Below, piece after piece: positions 55,701-64,000 of a stretch of DNA of 64,000 nt. Position 1 is the stretch's first letter. The number at the start of each line of letters is the position of its first letter. The notes below the pieces were generated by a model. That model was not told where the DNA came from and did not search any database. It was given only the letters and a program-made list of their open reading frames with translations. Where the stretch lies: IMG/VR virus record IMGVR_UViG_3300027708_000012, positions 1-64,000 of that record; one strand, given 5' to 3'. The position numbers were made by a program, and so were the translations under genes.

Positions 55701-57185
55701 TTAGTTGTTTAAAATAGAGTCAACCCACTGTCTGTGATCTACAGGATTTTGGTGTACACTATTTTTTATTTGTTGATTTGTGTGAGATACTTGTTCAGCA
55801 TATTTTTGTAACCACTTAGTGGTTAAATATTTTTTTATATTTTCTTGATTATCATATTTTCCATGACCGTAAGCAATACAGTTAAAATTCATGGATGTAA
55901 ACATTTTTACATCTGAAGTAGATATACTATCAAAATTATTTAAATAACTTGTTGACATTTTTTCTTCTAAATCTAATAACCAGTCTGGTTTATTGTTGGT
56001 TAAATATCTCCAAAATTCAGAATCTGTTCTATTGGTATTATAAAAATGCCTTACATATTCAAAACTATTTGTATACACATCCTGAAGTACTTTATTGTAA
56101 GATCTACGATCCATTGGTAACGGACTAAAATTGTTAAGTTTGGTCATAATATCTAATTGAAGATATGTATGATGTAAACTAGTAGCCTCTAACGGCTCCA
56201 CAAACCCGCTGGCTAGTCCGATTGCAACACAATTTCCAATCCAAGATTCTTTAAAATAACCATTATTAAATTTAATAACTCTGTCTGATTGTAATTCAAC
56301 ATTGTGATTTTTTAATAACCATGCGTTAAAATCTATTTTAGCTTCTTCGTCGGTCATGAACTTACTTGAATAAACATAGCCAGTGCCTCGACGATTACTT
56401 AACGGAACATCTAATATCCAGCCATTTTTAGTAGCTTCAGCTGTTGTGTAGGGTGGAATATAATCATAATGTTTAAATATTGGGTTAGGAATTGTTCTAT
56501 CTGTGGGTAATTGTTCAGATATATCAATCCATTCGGGATTAAGTTGGCTAATCAATGCTCGTTGATATCCTGTACAATCTACAAATAAATCGGCTGTGAT
56601 AATTTCGCCAGTGTTTAATCTAATACTTTTAATATTATTATTTTCTACTTCAACGTTTTCTACAATAGCATCAATTGTTTTAATACGGTCTTTAAATTTT
56701 TTCTCAATATATCTTCCAACTAATGTAGCATCTACATGCAATGCATGACGATATAATAAATTATTAGCATCAGGAATTACATTATTTTCAAAATAAAATT
56801 TACTATAACCTTGTCCGCCATCATAAGTTCCATTAGCCATGTCGTAAGCGTCTAGTAAATTAAATTGTTGTGCTACTCTGTCAAGCCGATTCATGCATTC
56901 GTTAACAGGAAAATTATGAAACCACCAATGATCAGGTTTAGTCCAATTTTTAAATTTTAATCCTAATTTAATTGTAGCATTACAATGCTTAACTAATTCT
57001 ACTGTTGTAACTCCAACTCCCCTGAGGTAATTATCAAACATCATAGTAAGGCTTTCGCCAACGCCAATTCCTGGTTTACTATGATCGTAAATAGACACTA
57101 CTTCAACTAATTCGCCCCAATAACTTTTAAAATAAGTCGACGCCATTACTCCGGCTGTGCCTCCACCGATGACTACTATTTTCAT
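55701..57185 (-). CDS. tryptophan halogenase-like flavoprotein (variant motifs)
   Basis: GGGTAG, GVGES, NATIK, DCTG, WILDVP, FVEPLEATS. Confidence 0.85.
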   Translation of the reverse strand: MKIVVIGGGTAGVMASTYFKSYWGELVEVVSIYDHSKPGIGVGESLTMMFDNYLRGVGVTTVELVKHCNATIKLGLKFKNWTKPDHWWFHNFPVNECMNRLDRVAQQFNLLDAYDMANGTYDGGQGYSKFYFENNVIPDANNLLYRHALHVDATLVGRYIEKKFKDRIKTIDAIVENVEVENNNIKSIRLNTGEIITADLFVDCTGYQRALISQLNPEWIDISEQLPTDRTIPNPIFKHYDYIPPYTTAEATKNGWILDVPLSNRRGTGYVYSSKFMTDEEAKIDFNAWLLKNHNVELQSDRVIKFNNGYFKESWIGNCVAIGLASGFVEPLEATSLHHTYLQLDIMTKLNNFSPLPMDRRSYNKVLQDVYTNSFEYVRHFYNTNRTDSEFWRYLTNNKPDWLLDLEEKMSTSYLNNFDSISTSDVKMFTSMNFNCIAYGHGKYDNQENIKKYLTTKWLQKYAEQVSHTNQQIKNSVHQNPVDHRQWVDSILNN

Positions 57186-58654
57186 AATGTATTTTCTCTT
57201 ATAAATGTCAATGCTTTTTTATGTGATATAACTTCAGAATTATCAGCTTTATAGTATTCAGTAAGCTCGTCTATAATCCGATCAGCTCGATTTTTAATTT
57301 CCTGATCTTGGGAGTCAAATTCTTTTAATATTGAATCAATATTAAATAATTTTAAACCATGCAATACTAATAGAAAATGTAATTCTTTAAACAGCACGTA
57401 TCTGCTAAGTCCTGAAAAATCTTCTCGTATGGGCAACTTAGTTTTCCAAACATTCATTTTTTGTTTTAGACTTTCCGGTAAAGGTACATTAGAAATTTTT
57501 TGCCAAAAAGCTGTATCTTGTCTCGGTGTTACAAAATGTAAAACAATAAAATCTCGAATATTTTCTATAATGTCATTAAAAGATTTATTATAATTTGCTA
57601 TTACAGTCTCATTATAATTTACTAATTTATGCATTAACATAAATGTTTGCTGGATAGTGGTACCAATGCTAGAAGCTTCTAGAGGCTCCACAAAGCTACT
57701 ACTGAGCCCGATTGCACAACAATTATTAATCCATGCTCGGTCCACGGAACCTGGGTCAAACTTAATATGTTTACCTAACGTAATCGGTGTTCCTAGAAAT
57801 TCTTCTACCTCTTGTTGGGCTTGTTCTGGAGTTAAGAACTCATCATCATAAATGTATCCGTTACCCCAACGACCGTATGTTGGAGTGCTGAACATCCACC
57901 CATATTTCATTGCTTGAGATAACGACCACATGTTATAGTTGTCTGTGTCAGACGTTTGAAATACAATTGCTGAATTAGTTTTTAAATACTTGCTATGGCT
58001 TATCCACTTTGCACCCATTTTAGAAATTAATATTTTTTTAAAGCCAGTACTATCTATATAAAAATTGCTTTTATAAGTAGAAGTAGTGCTAGCAATATAA
58101 TCTATTTCGCCAGCTTCATTTAAAATAACATCAGTTATTTCATCGTTGATAATTTCAATTCCTTTATCTGTAGCAATTTTAGATAAAAATTCATTTAACT
58201 TAAAAGTATTAAAATGGTATTGCGCCACTGGGGACTGGTTTTCTTTCAGGTAACGTGAATTTAATTTATTTTTCCAGAATGACTCTCCAGATAATTTACT
58301 AGATTCAAATCCTTGTGAAATTAACCTGCCGTAGATGTACGGGTATTCGCCCACTAGTTCATCGTATCCATTTTGAATGCTGTGCATATAATCAGGAACA
58401 CCCCAGTCTTTAAATACAATTCCAATTTTAAATGTTGCATCTGTTTGTTTAATCATGTCTGCAAGATTTATTCCTACAAAAGAAGCAAACTCGTGCCAGT
58501 GTTCAGTTGATCCTTCCCCTACTCCAATTATACCAATTTTTTTAGAGCAAATTATTGAAATATTATAATCTGGAAATCGTGTTTTTAAAATCAAAGCAGA
58601 AATCAACCCGGCAGTTCCGCTGCCGACTACATTGATTTTAAATTTTTCATTCAT
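57182..58654 (-). CDS. tryptophan halogenase-like flavoprotein (variant motifs)
   Basis: GSGTAG, GVGEGS, DATFK, DSTG, WMFSTP, FVEPLEASS. Confidence 0.85.
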   Translation of the reverse strand: MNEKFKINVVGSGTAGLISALILKTRFPDYNISIICSKKIGIIGVGEGSTEHWHEFASFVGINLADMIKQTDATFKIGIVFKDWGVPDYMHSIQNGYDELVGEYPYIYGRLISQGFESSKLSGESFWKNKLNSRYLKENQSPVAQYHFNTFKLNEFLSKIATDKGIEIINDEITDVILNEAGEIDYIASTTSTYKSNFYIDSTGFKKILISKMGAKWISHSKYLKTNSAIVFQTSDTDNYNMWSLSQAMKYGWMFSTPTYGRWGNGYIYDDEFLTPEQAQQEVEEFLGTPITLGKHIKFDPGSVDRAWINNCCAIGLSSSFVEPLEASSIGTTIQQTFMLMHKLVNYNETVIANYNKSFNDIIENIRDFIVLHFVTPRQDTAFWQKISNVPLPESLKQKMNVWKTKLPIREDFSGLSRYVLFKELHFLLVLHGLKLFNIDSILKEFDSQDQEIKNRADRIIDELTEYYKADNSEVISHKKALTFIRENTL

Positions 58655-58748
58655 CTTGATTTCCTGATTTTTGTATGCTATTATATAGTCATAACCTAGT
58701 AGGGTGCATAAAATTTATGATAATTACTTTACTAGAAAGGCAATCAAG

Positions 58749-60344
58749 ATGAGAACAAAAATCGACAAAATAGTTGTATTAGGAGGAGGATCTGCTGGTT
58801 GGATGACTGCCTCTACGCTTATTAATTTTTTTCCTGAAAGAGAAATTGTCGTAATCGAAAGTCCCGATATGCCTATTGTGGGCGTGGGAGAAAGCACTCT
58901 AGGAACTATAAGACATTGGATGTATTCACTAGGAATTGATGAAAAAGATTTCATGAAATACACTAATGCTTCTTACAAAATGAGTATTAAGTTTACTGAT
59001 TTTTATGAAAAAGATGCAGGATCTTTTCATTACCCGTTTGGAGCTCCAGTTTTAACAGATGCGCCAAACGGACTTCAGGAGTGGCAAGCTAAACGTGCGC
59101 TTTATCCAGATACACCTGTTGAAGATTATTGTAGAACTTATCTTTCTAACATGCCGTTAATCGAGTCTAATAAATTTAGTAAAAACGAGCATGGACTATT
59201 TGATGAGTATCGTCCAGAAATGCATGTTGCATATCACTTTGATGCGGTATTATTTGGTCGATGGCTTAAAGAAAGTTACAGTTTACCTAAGGGTGTAAAA
59301 TTAATTACAGGCACAGTTACTGATGTTTCAACATCTGAAATTGGTATTGATAAATTAACATTATCTGACGGAACAGAAGTTACTGCAGATTTATTTGTAG
59401 ATTGTACTGGCTGGAAAAGCATGTTGCTAGCAGGTGCATTGAAAGAACCGTTTAAATCTTATGCAGACATCTTGCCAAGTAATCGAGCATGGGCATGCCA
59501 GGTTCCGTATGTTGATAAGGAAAAAGAACTTGAACCGTATACTAACTGTACCGCAATTGGTCACGGTTGGTGCTGGAATATTCCATTATGGACTAGACTA
59601 GGAACAGGTTATGTATACAGCGATAACTTTATTTCTCCAGAAGATGCTAAAGAAGAATTTAAACAATATCTAATGAGTGATAAAATGGCTGTTCCTCGAA
59701 CACAGGAGCAAGTAGATACTTTAGAGTTTAGAGATATTCCTATGCGAGTTGGAATACACGAACGTACTTGGGTTAAAAATGTGGTGGCAATAGGGTTGAG
59801 TGCTGGATTTATTGAACCGTTAGAAAGTAATGGATTATATTCAGTACATGAATTTTTGTTATCTTTAGTATCTGTTTTACAAAGAACACATATTACCCAA
59901 TGGGATAGAGACGTTTATAATTCACAAGTCGGTGGTACATTTAATACATTTGCTGAATTTGTTTCTCTTCATTATGCATTGAGTATCAGAGACGATACTA
60001 ATTTCTGGGATAACATAACGTCAAAAACGTTTTGCCCAGGAATAGTAGACATGTCAATTAAAAGTACAAGTAATACTTTTTTTGATTTAGCCTGGAGGAA
60101 ACTTGCTGTTTTTAGGCATAACGAGCAGGGCGGTTTACAATATGTTGCAACAGGTATGCATTTTCATATAATGAGTAAATTGCAGTTATTGTATGCCGAG
60201 AGAGCGTTTAGGCAAAATCCCAAGAACGAAGTCAACGAATTTGTACGCAAACGTGCAATACTTCAAAAAAAATGGCAACGTGCAGCTGAATTGTGCCCTA
60301 GTTTATATCAATATTTAAAGGATAATGTACACAATGACGAGTGA
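58749..60344 (+). CDS. flavin-dependent (tryptophan-type) halogenase
   Basis: Start reassigned to 58749 (SD GAAAGG); GGGSAG, GVGEST, NASYK, WCWNIP, FIEPLESNG. Confidence 0.9.
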   Translation: MRTKIDKIVVLGGGSAGWMTASTLINFFPEREIVVIESPDMPIVGVGESTLGTIRHWMYSLGIDEKDFMKYTNASYKMSIKFTDFYEKDAGSFHYPFGAPVLTDAPNGLQEWQAKRALYPDTPVEDYCRTYLSNMPLIESNKFSKNEHGLFDEYRPEMHVAYHFDAVLFGRWLKESYSLPKGVKLITGTVTDVSTSEIGIDKLTLSDGTEVTADLFVDCTGWKSMLLAGALKEPFKSYADILPSNRAWACQVPYVDKEKELEPYTNCTAIGHGWCWNIPLWTRLGTGYVYSDNFISPEDAKEEFKQYLMSDKMAVPRTQEQVDTLEFRDIPMRVGIHERTWVKNVVAIGLSAGFIEPLESNGLYSVHEFLLSLVSVLQRTHITQWDRDVYNSQVGGTFNTFAEFVSLHYALSIRDDTNFWDNITSKTFCPGIVDMSIKSTSNTFFDLAWRKLAVFRHNEQGGLQYVATGMHFHIMSKLQLLYAERAFRQNPKNEVNEFVRKRAILQKKWQRAAELCPSLYQYLKDNVHNDE

Positions 60345-60942
60345 AATCTATCCGTTATTTTCTAAACCTGTTTTTATATGCAACGAATATCTTGACAGAA
60401 AAAGATTTGATGCTGAGATTGACTATGTTAAAAATCTAGAATTTAGAACAAACGAAAACGGAAATTTGGCTAGTTTAGATACAGATATTTTAGAAAATAA
60501 AGAATTATGTGAAATTAAAAAAATTGTTGAATTTGCAATTAATGAATACACAAAAAAGATTATGTTTTGGGATGAAAATACATTTTATATAACTCAGTCT
60601 TGGGCAAATATTACTAAACCATCAACTAGTCACCATAAGCATTATCACTTTAATAGTTTAATCAGCGGAGTATTTTATCTAAGTACAATTAAAGAAGATA
60701 ACATTGTATTTTTTACCGATGATAAAAAGACTATTAGTTTAGAAAGCAGTAATTATGGAATATTTAACTCGACTAGTTTTAAAATTGCGATTAATAATAA
60801 TTCAGTAGTAGTATTTCCGTCTTCTCTTATACATGGTGTCGAAGTTAATAACACAGATGAAGAAAGAATTAGCATTGCGTTCAATGTATTTGTTAAAGGT
60901 GCATTAGGCTCAAAAGAAAAATTAACATATTTAGAAATATAA
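60334..60942 (+). CDS. TIGR02466-type 2OG-Fe(II) oxygenase
   Basis: SWAN, H.H.H.NS.ISGVFYL, FPS.L.H.V..N, RISIAFN. Confidence 0.85.
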   Translation: MTSEIYPLFSKPVFICNEYLDRKRFDAEIDYVKNLEFRTNENGNLASLDTDILENKELCEIKKIVEFAINEYTKKIMFWDENTFYITQSWANITKPSTSHHKHYHFNSLISGVFYLSTIKEDNIVFFTDDKKTISLESSNYGIFNSTSFKIAINNNSVVVFPSSLIHGVEVNNTDEERISIAFNVFVKGALGSKEKLTYLEI

Positions 60943-60946
60943 AATT

Positions 60947-61882
60947 ATGAAAAGAAATACAGCATTTTTTATTAACGGTGGTGCAGGAAGAATTATATGT
61001 TCAATTCCTGCGTTTGAACTGTACGAAAAAGAAAATCCGGATGACGATTTTATTATTATTATCGAGTATGGTATTGATCTCTTTAAGGGACATCCTACAT
61101 TATTCAAAAGATGCTATGACTATGCTCATAGAAATTTATTTCGAGACAAGTTAGTAGATATGAATTTTGTGTCGCCAGAGCCATACCAAGTCTGGGAATA
61201 TTATAATCAAAAAGCTAGTATTTCTCAAGCATTTGATTTGCTAATAAACAAAAAAGATCTCAGATATCTCCCTCCTCCTAAGCTAGTATTAAGCAATGAA
61301 GAATTGTTTGGCGGTATTGAAACTTTGAATACCGTCAAAAAAGAAAGTAAAAATAAGAAAGTTGTAATTTTTCAGCCTTTTGGTCGAGGATCTAATCTGA
61401 CTAAGGAGCAAACTACTCCTGATATTTACGGTAAATCTTTTATTATGGACGATGTTATATCAATAGTGCAAAAATTAGAAAAAAAATATACAGTAGTTGT
61501 CATGAGTGAAAATGCTATAGATTTTAAAAATATTTGTGGTCAGGATTTTAATCAAATCACAAATATTAACTTACGCAAATGGTTTGGATTAATAAACGCA
61601 GCTGATTATTTTTTAGGATGTGATAGTGTAGGACAGCATATTGCATATGCCCTTTCTAAACCTGCCACCGTGGTGCTTGGTTCGACATTTAAAGAAAATG
61701 TATCGTATCCTGGATGCGATAGATTTGATATAATTGATTTTGGTGAAAATCGAAGAATGTACAGTCCTATTCGTATGTCTCTTGACGAAGTAGCAGATTC
61801 AAATAATGAAAGCATGATGAGAGTTACTCCTGATCAAATCGAAACCGTAATTAATTCTGTTGTTAAAAATATATCCAAATGA
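60947..61882 (+). CDS. glycosyltransferase family 9-like protein
   Basis: GGAGRIIC..PA, FQPFG, FLGCDSVGQHIA.AL.KP..V..G. Confidence 0.7.
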   Translation: MKRNTAFFINGGAGRIICSIPAFELYEKENPDDDFIIIIEYGIDLFKGHPTLFKRCYDYAHRNLFRDKLVDMNFVSPEPYQVWEYYNQKASISQAFDLLINKKDLRYLPPPKLVLSNEELFGGIETLNTVKKESKNKKVVIFQPFGRGSNLTKEQTTPDIYGKSFIMDDVISIVQKLEKKYTVVVMSENAIDFKNICGQDFNQITNINLRKWFGLINAADYFLGCDSVGQHIAYALSKPATVVLGSTFKENVSYPGCDRFDIIDFGENRRMYSPIRMSLDEVADSNNESMMRVTPDQIETVINSVVKNISK

Positions 61883-62493
61883 TTAAACAATCTACTCTTT
61901 ATCCATTATTTCCTACTATAGTTTATAAGAGCTCATTAGGTAGAGAATTAACATCATCCGAGGTTACTGAAATTTATTCTACCGAGGTTCTTGAACAAGG
62001 ATTAGGCAATGATATATCTAACAATAGTTGGATACTTGATAACCCTATATTTTCAAATTTAAAAAACGAGTTAATGTTACACGTACATTCTTATATGAAA
62101 GAGTTAATGAAAATTGAAGTAGATCTGTACATGACTAATTCTTGGATTAATGTTACTGGTTTTCAAAAACAACATTCTGCGCACAGTCATACTAACAGTA
62201 TATTATCGGGTGTGTATTATTTTAAAACTAGCGATAGTCAACCAAGTATATCATTTAATCGATTAACTCCGCCATTTTTCTTAAACATGAAATCTACTGA
62301 ATATACACCTGCTAATTCTATTGAATGGACAGTACCGGTTGAAGACGGTGAGATTATTATATTTCCTAGTACTTGTTTTCATTATGTAAAACCAAACTTA
62401 ACACAGAATGAAAGAATTAGCATTGCATTTAATACATTTGCACGAGGAACGATTGGTTCTGAAGTTCCAGGCGCAGATTTAGAATTAAAATAA
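61879..62493 (+). CDS. TIGR02466-type 2OG-Fe(II) oxygenase
   Basis: SWIN, HSAHSHTNSILSGVYY, FPS..FHYV.PN, RISIAFN. Confidence 0.85.
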   Translation: MIKQSTLYPLFPTIVYKSSLGRELTSSEVTEIYSTEVLEQGLGNDISNNSWILDNPIFSNLKNELMLHVHSYMKELMKIEVDLYMTNSWINVTGFQKQHSAHSHTNSILSGVYYFKTSDSQPSISFNRLTPPFFLNMKSTEYTPANSIEWTVPVEDGEIIIFPSTCFHYVKPNLTQNERISIAFNTFARGTIGSEVPGADLELK

Positions 62494-62500
62494 GGTTATT

Positions 62501-64000
62501 ATGAAAAAAACATCGTGGATTGCAGGAGTTACTCGAGGGCATAATGCTAGTGTATGCTTGCTCAAAGACGGAGAAATAGTATTTTCTATCGAAGAAGAAA
62601 GACTAAGTCGTAAAAAATACGACGGCGGCCCGTTTGCTGCAATGTTAAAAATACTTGATTATACAGATAAATTAGATTATATTGTAATTGCACATACACA
62701 AAGTTTAAAAGACACTGCTGGTAAAATTGATTTTACAGGCGATGACGTTTATACAGGCCTAGCACGTAAACTAGGATTAATTGATCGTAAAGCAGACATT
62801 TATAATCATCCACAAGTTATTGATTTAAGTCATATACATCATAAATTGCATGCAGCGTGTGCATTTTATCGATCTGGATTTACTGAAGCAGTTGCAGTAA
62901 TTGTTGATGGCGCTGGAACTTTTATTCCATTGAATCTAGGTAATGAAAATGTAACTGGATGGGAAACTGAAAGTATATACACTTGTAATTATCCAAGTAA
63001 ATTTAGTACGCTTTATAAGCATATTGGTGTACGTGGGCCGGCACCCGGTTACTTAATTCAAGATTTTGATAGCGGTTTGTACGATGAGCCGGGTAAGACG
63101 CATCACGCTTTAATTACAGATCGAGCAGGCATTACTAAAACATACGAAGCTGTAACTCAATATTGCGGTTGGAGTCCTATTGAAGCTGGTAAAACTATGG
63201 GGTTATTTCCTTATGGTAAAGATAATCCTGCAATACCTCCACTTTTTGATGATACAAGTATAGCACCTCTTGCTAATAGAAATATTGTAGTACCAACATA
63301 CCCTAACGGTGCATTGATTAATACTGGATTATTTGAATTTTTAGATCAACATAATAATGATGATTTGACAATGCTAGAAAATCGAAGAGATCTTGCATAT
63401 GCTTGCCAGACACAAACACAATCTCAAGTTGTTAAATTAATTCAACAAGCCGTAGATATAAGCGGACATAAAAATGTTGTGTTAAGCGGCGGGTATGGAT
63501 TAAATTGTGTTGCTAATTATCATTACCTACAAGCTCTTAAAGACAACGGTATTAATTTCTATGTAGAACCTATTAGTAATGATGCTGGTACCGCTATTGG
63601 AGCAGCTCTAATGCATTGGCATTCATTAACAGGAAATCGTACTCCAGCAAAACATGATACATTGTATTTAGGCCCAGCTCATAGTTACACAACGGAACAA
63701 GTTATCGATATATCAATGCAACATGATGTTGAAATACAAGATGCTACTTATAGTGATATTGTAGAGTTATTAACTAAGAAAAACATTGTCACATTATTCC
63801 AAGGCTCTAGCGAAAACGGGCCACGGGCATTAGGAAATAGAAGTGTATTATTTGATCCACGGTTTGAAGATGGAAAAGATTTTGTTAATGGTGTAAAACA
63901 TCGTGAATATTTCCGACCATTTGCTGGTAGTATTTTAGCAGAATATGCTAAAGAGTGGTTTGATTTACGTGGCATGGAAGACAGTCCTTTTATGATGTAT
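62501..64000 (+). CDS. carbamoyltransferase (NodU/CmcH/TobZ family), two-domain, truncated by window end
   Basis: Not in the ORF track because no stop falls in the window; GHNASV...EEERLSRKK, HHKLHA, VDGAG, GGYGLNCVAN, NDAGTAIGA, GPRALGNRS, REYFRPFA. Confidence 0.92.
   Translation, partial: MKKTSWIAGVTRGHNASVCLLKDGEIVFSIEEERLSRKKYDGGPFAAMLKILDYTDKLDYIVIAHTQSLKDTAGKIDFTGDDVYTGLARKLGLIDRKADIYNHPQVIDLSHIHHKLHAACAFYRSGFTEAVAVIVDGAGTFIPLNLGNENVTGWETESIYTCNYPSKFSTLYKHIGVRGPAPGYLIQDFDSGLYDEPGKTHHALITDRAGITKTYEAVTQYCGWSPIEAGKTMGLFPYGKDNPAIPPLFDDTSIAPLANRNIVVPTYPNGALINTGLFEFLDQHNNDDLTMLENRRDLAYACQTQTQSQVVKLIQQAVDISGHKNVVLSGGYGLNCVANYHYLQALKDNGINFYVEPISNDAGTAIGAALMHWHSLTGNRTPAKHDTLYLGPAHSYTTEQVIDISMQHDVEIQDATYSDIVELLTKKNIVTLFQGSSENGPRALGNRSVLFDPRFEDGKDFVNGVKHREYFRPFAGSILAEYAKEWFDLRGMEDSPFMMY

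Noticed and set aside
63748-63975. - strand 75-aa ORF at the window end
   Set aside because: Antisense to the carbamoyltransferase that runs off the window.
1-64000. CRISPR array, rRNA, integrase/transposase, introns or inteins
   Set aside because: No regularly spaced repeat-spacer units, rRNA-like stretch or recombinase motifs were seen. Terminase, helicases, UvsX and sheath have continuous frames without Hint signatures.

Overview
This window is part of a large, T4-related (Tevenvirinae-like / jumbo myovirus) dsDNA phage genome. It shows no cellular housekeeping operons and no CRISPR array. (1) 1-8660 is a relatively GC-rich early (host-takeover) region on the + strand. It holds about 25 small ORFs, a tRNA-Ile2(CAT) and an AAA+ ATPase, driven by 14 near-consensus sigma70 promoters, and ends in a structured non-coding segment and a terminator. 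(2) 8660-11400 is a junction region with origin/terminus-like motifs, an HNH endonuclease and probable internal head proteins. (3) 11400-25400 is a replication/recombination block on the - strand: gp41 helicase, gp61 primase, a 191-aa DnaE-like polymerase core, a gp62-like clamp loader subunit, UvsW, UvsY, UvsX and gp32. (4) 25400-54600 holds morphogenesis genes: head-associated proteins, terminase, gp4, tube, a 1230-aa sheath, neck and tail terminator, and fibre/baseplate proteins, plus an S53 peptidase. Many are preceded by a T4-late-like TAAATA box. (5) 54700-64000 is an AT-rich tailoring-enzyme cluster: a cupin, 2OG-Fe(II) oxygenases, three flavin-halogenase-like genes, a GT9-like glycosyltransferase and a carbamoyltransferase that runs off the window end. 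Best candidate for an undescribed system: a ~170-nt structured RNA at 8492-8661 with two stem-loops that both display UCGCUCC. This is the exact complement of an extended Shine-Dalgarno, GGAGCGA, found at six promoter-proximal early genes, which suggests a phage anti-SD sRNA that shuts off early translation. All annotations come from reading motifs by eye; no database searches or folding programs were run.
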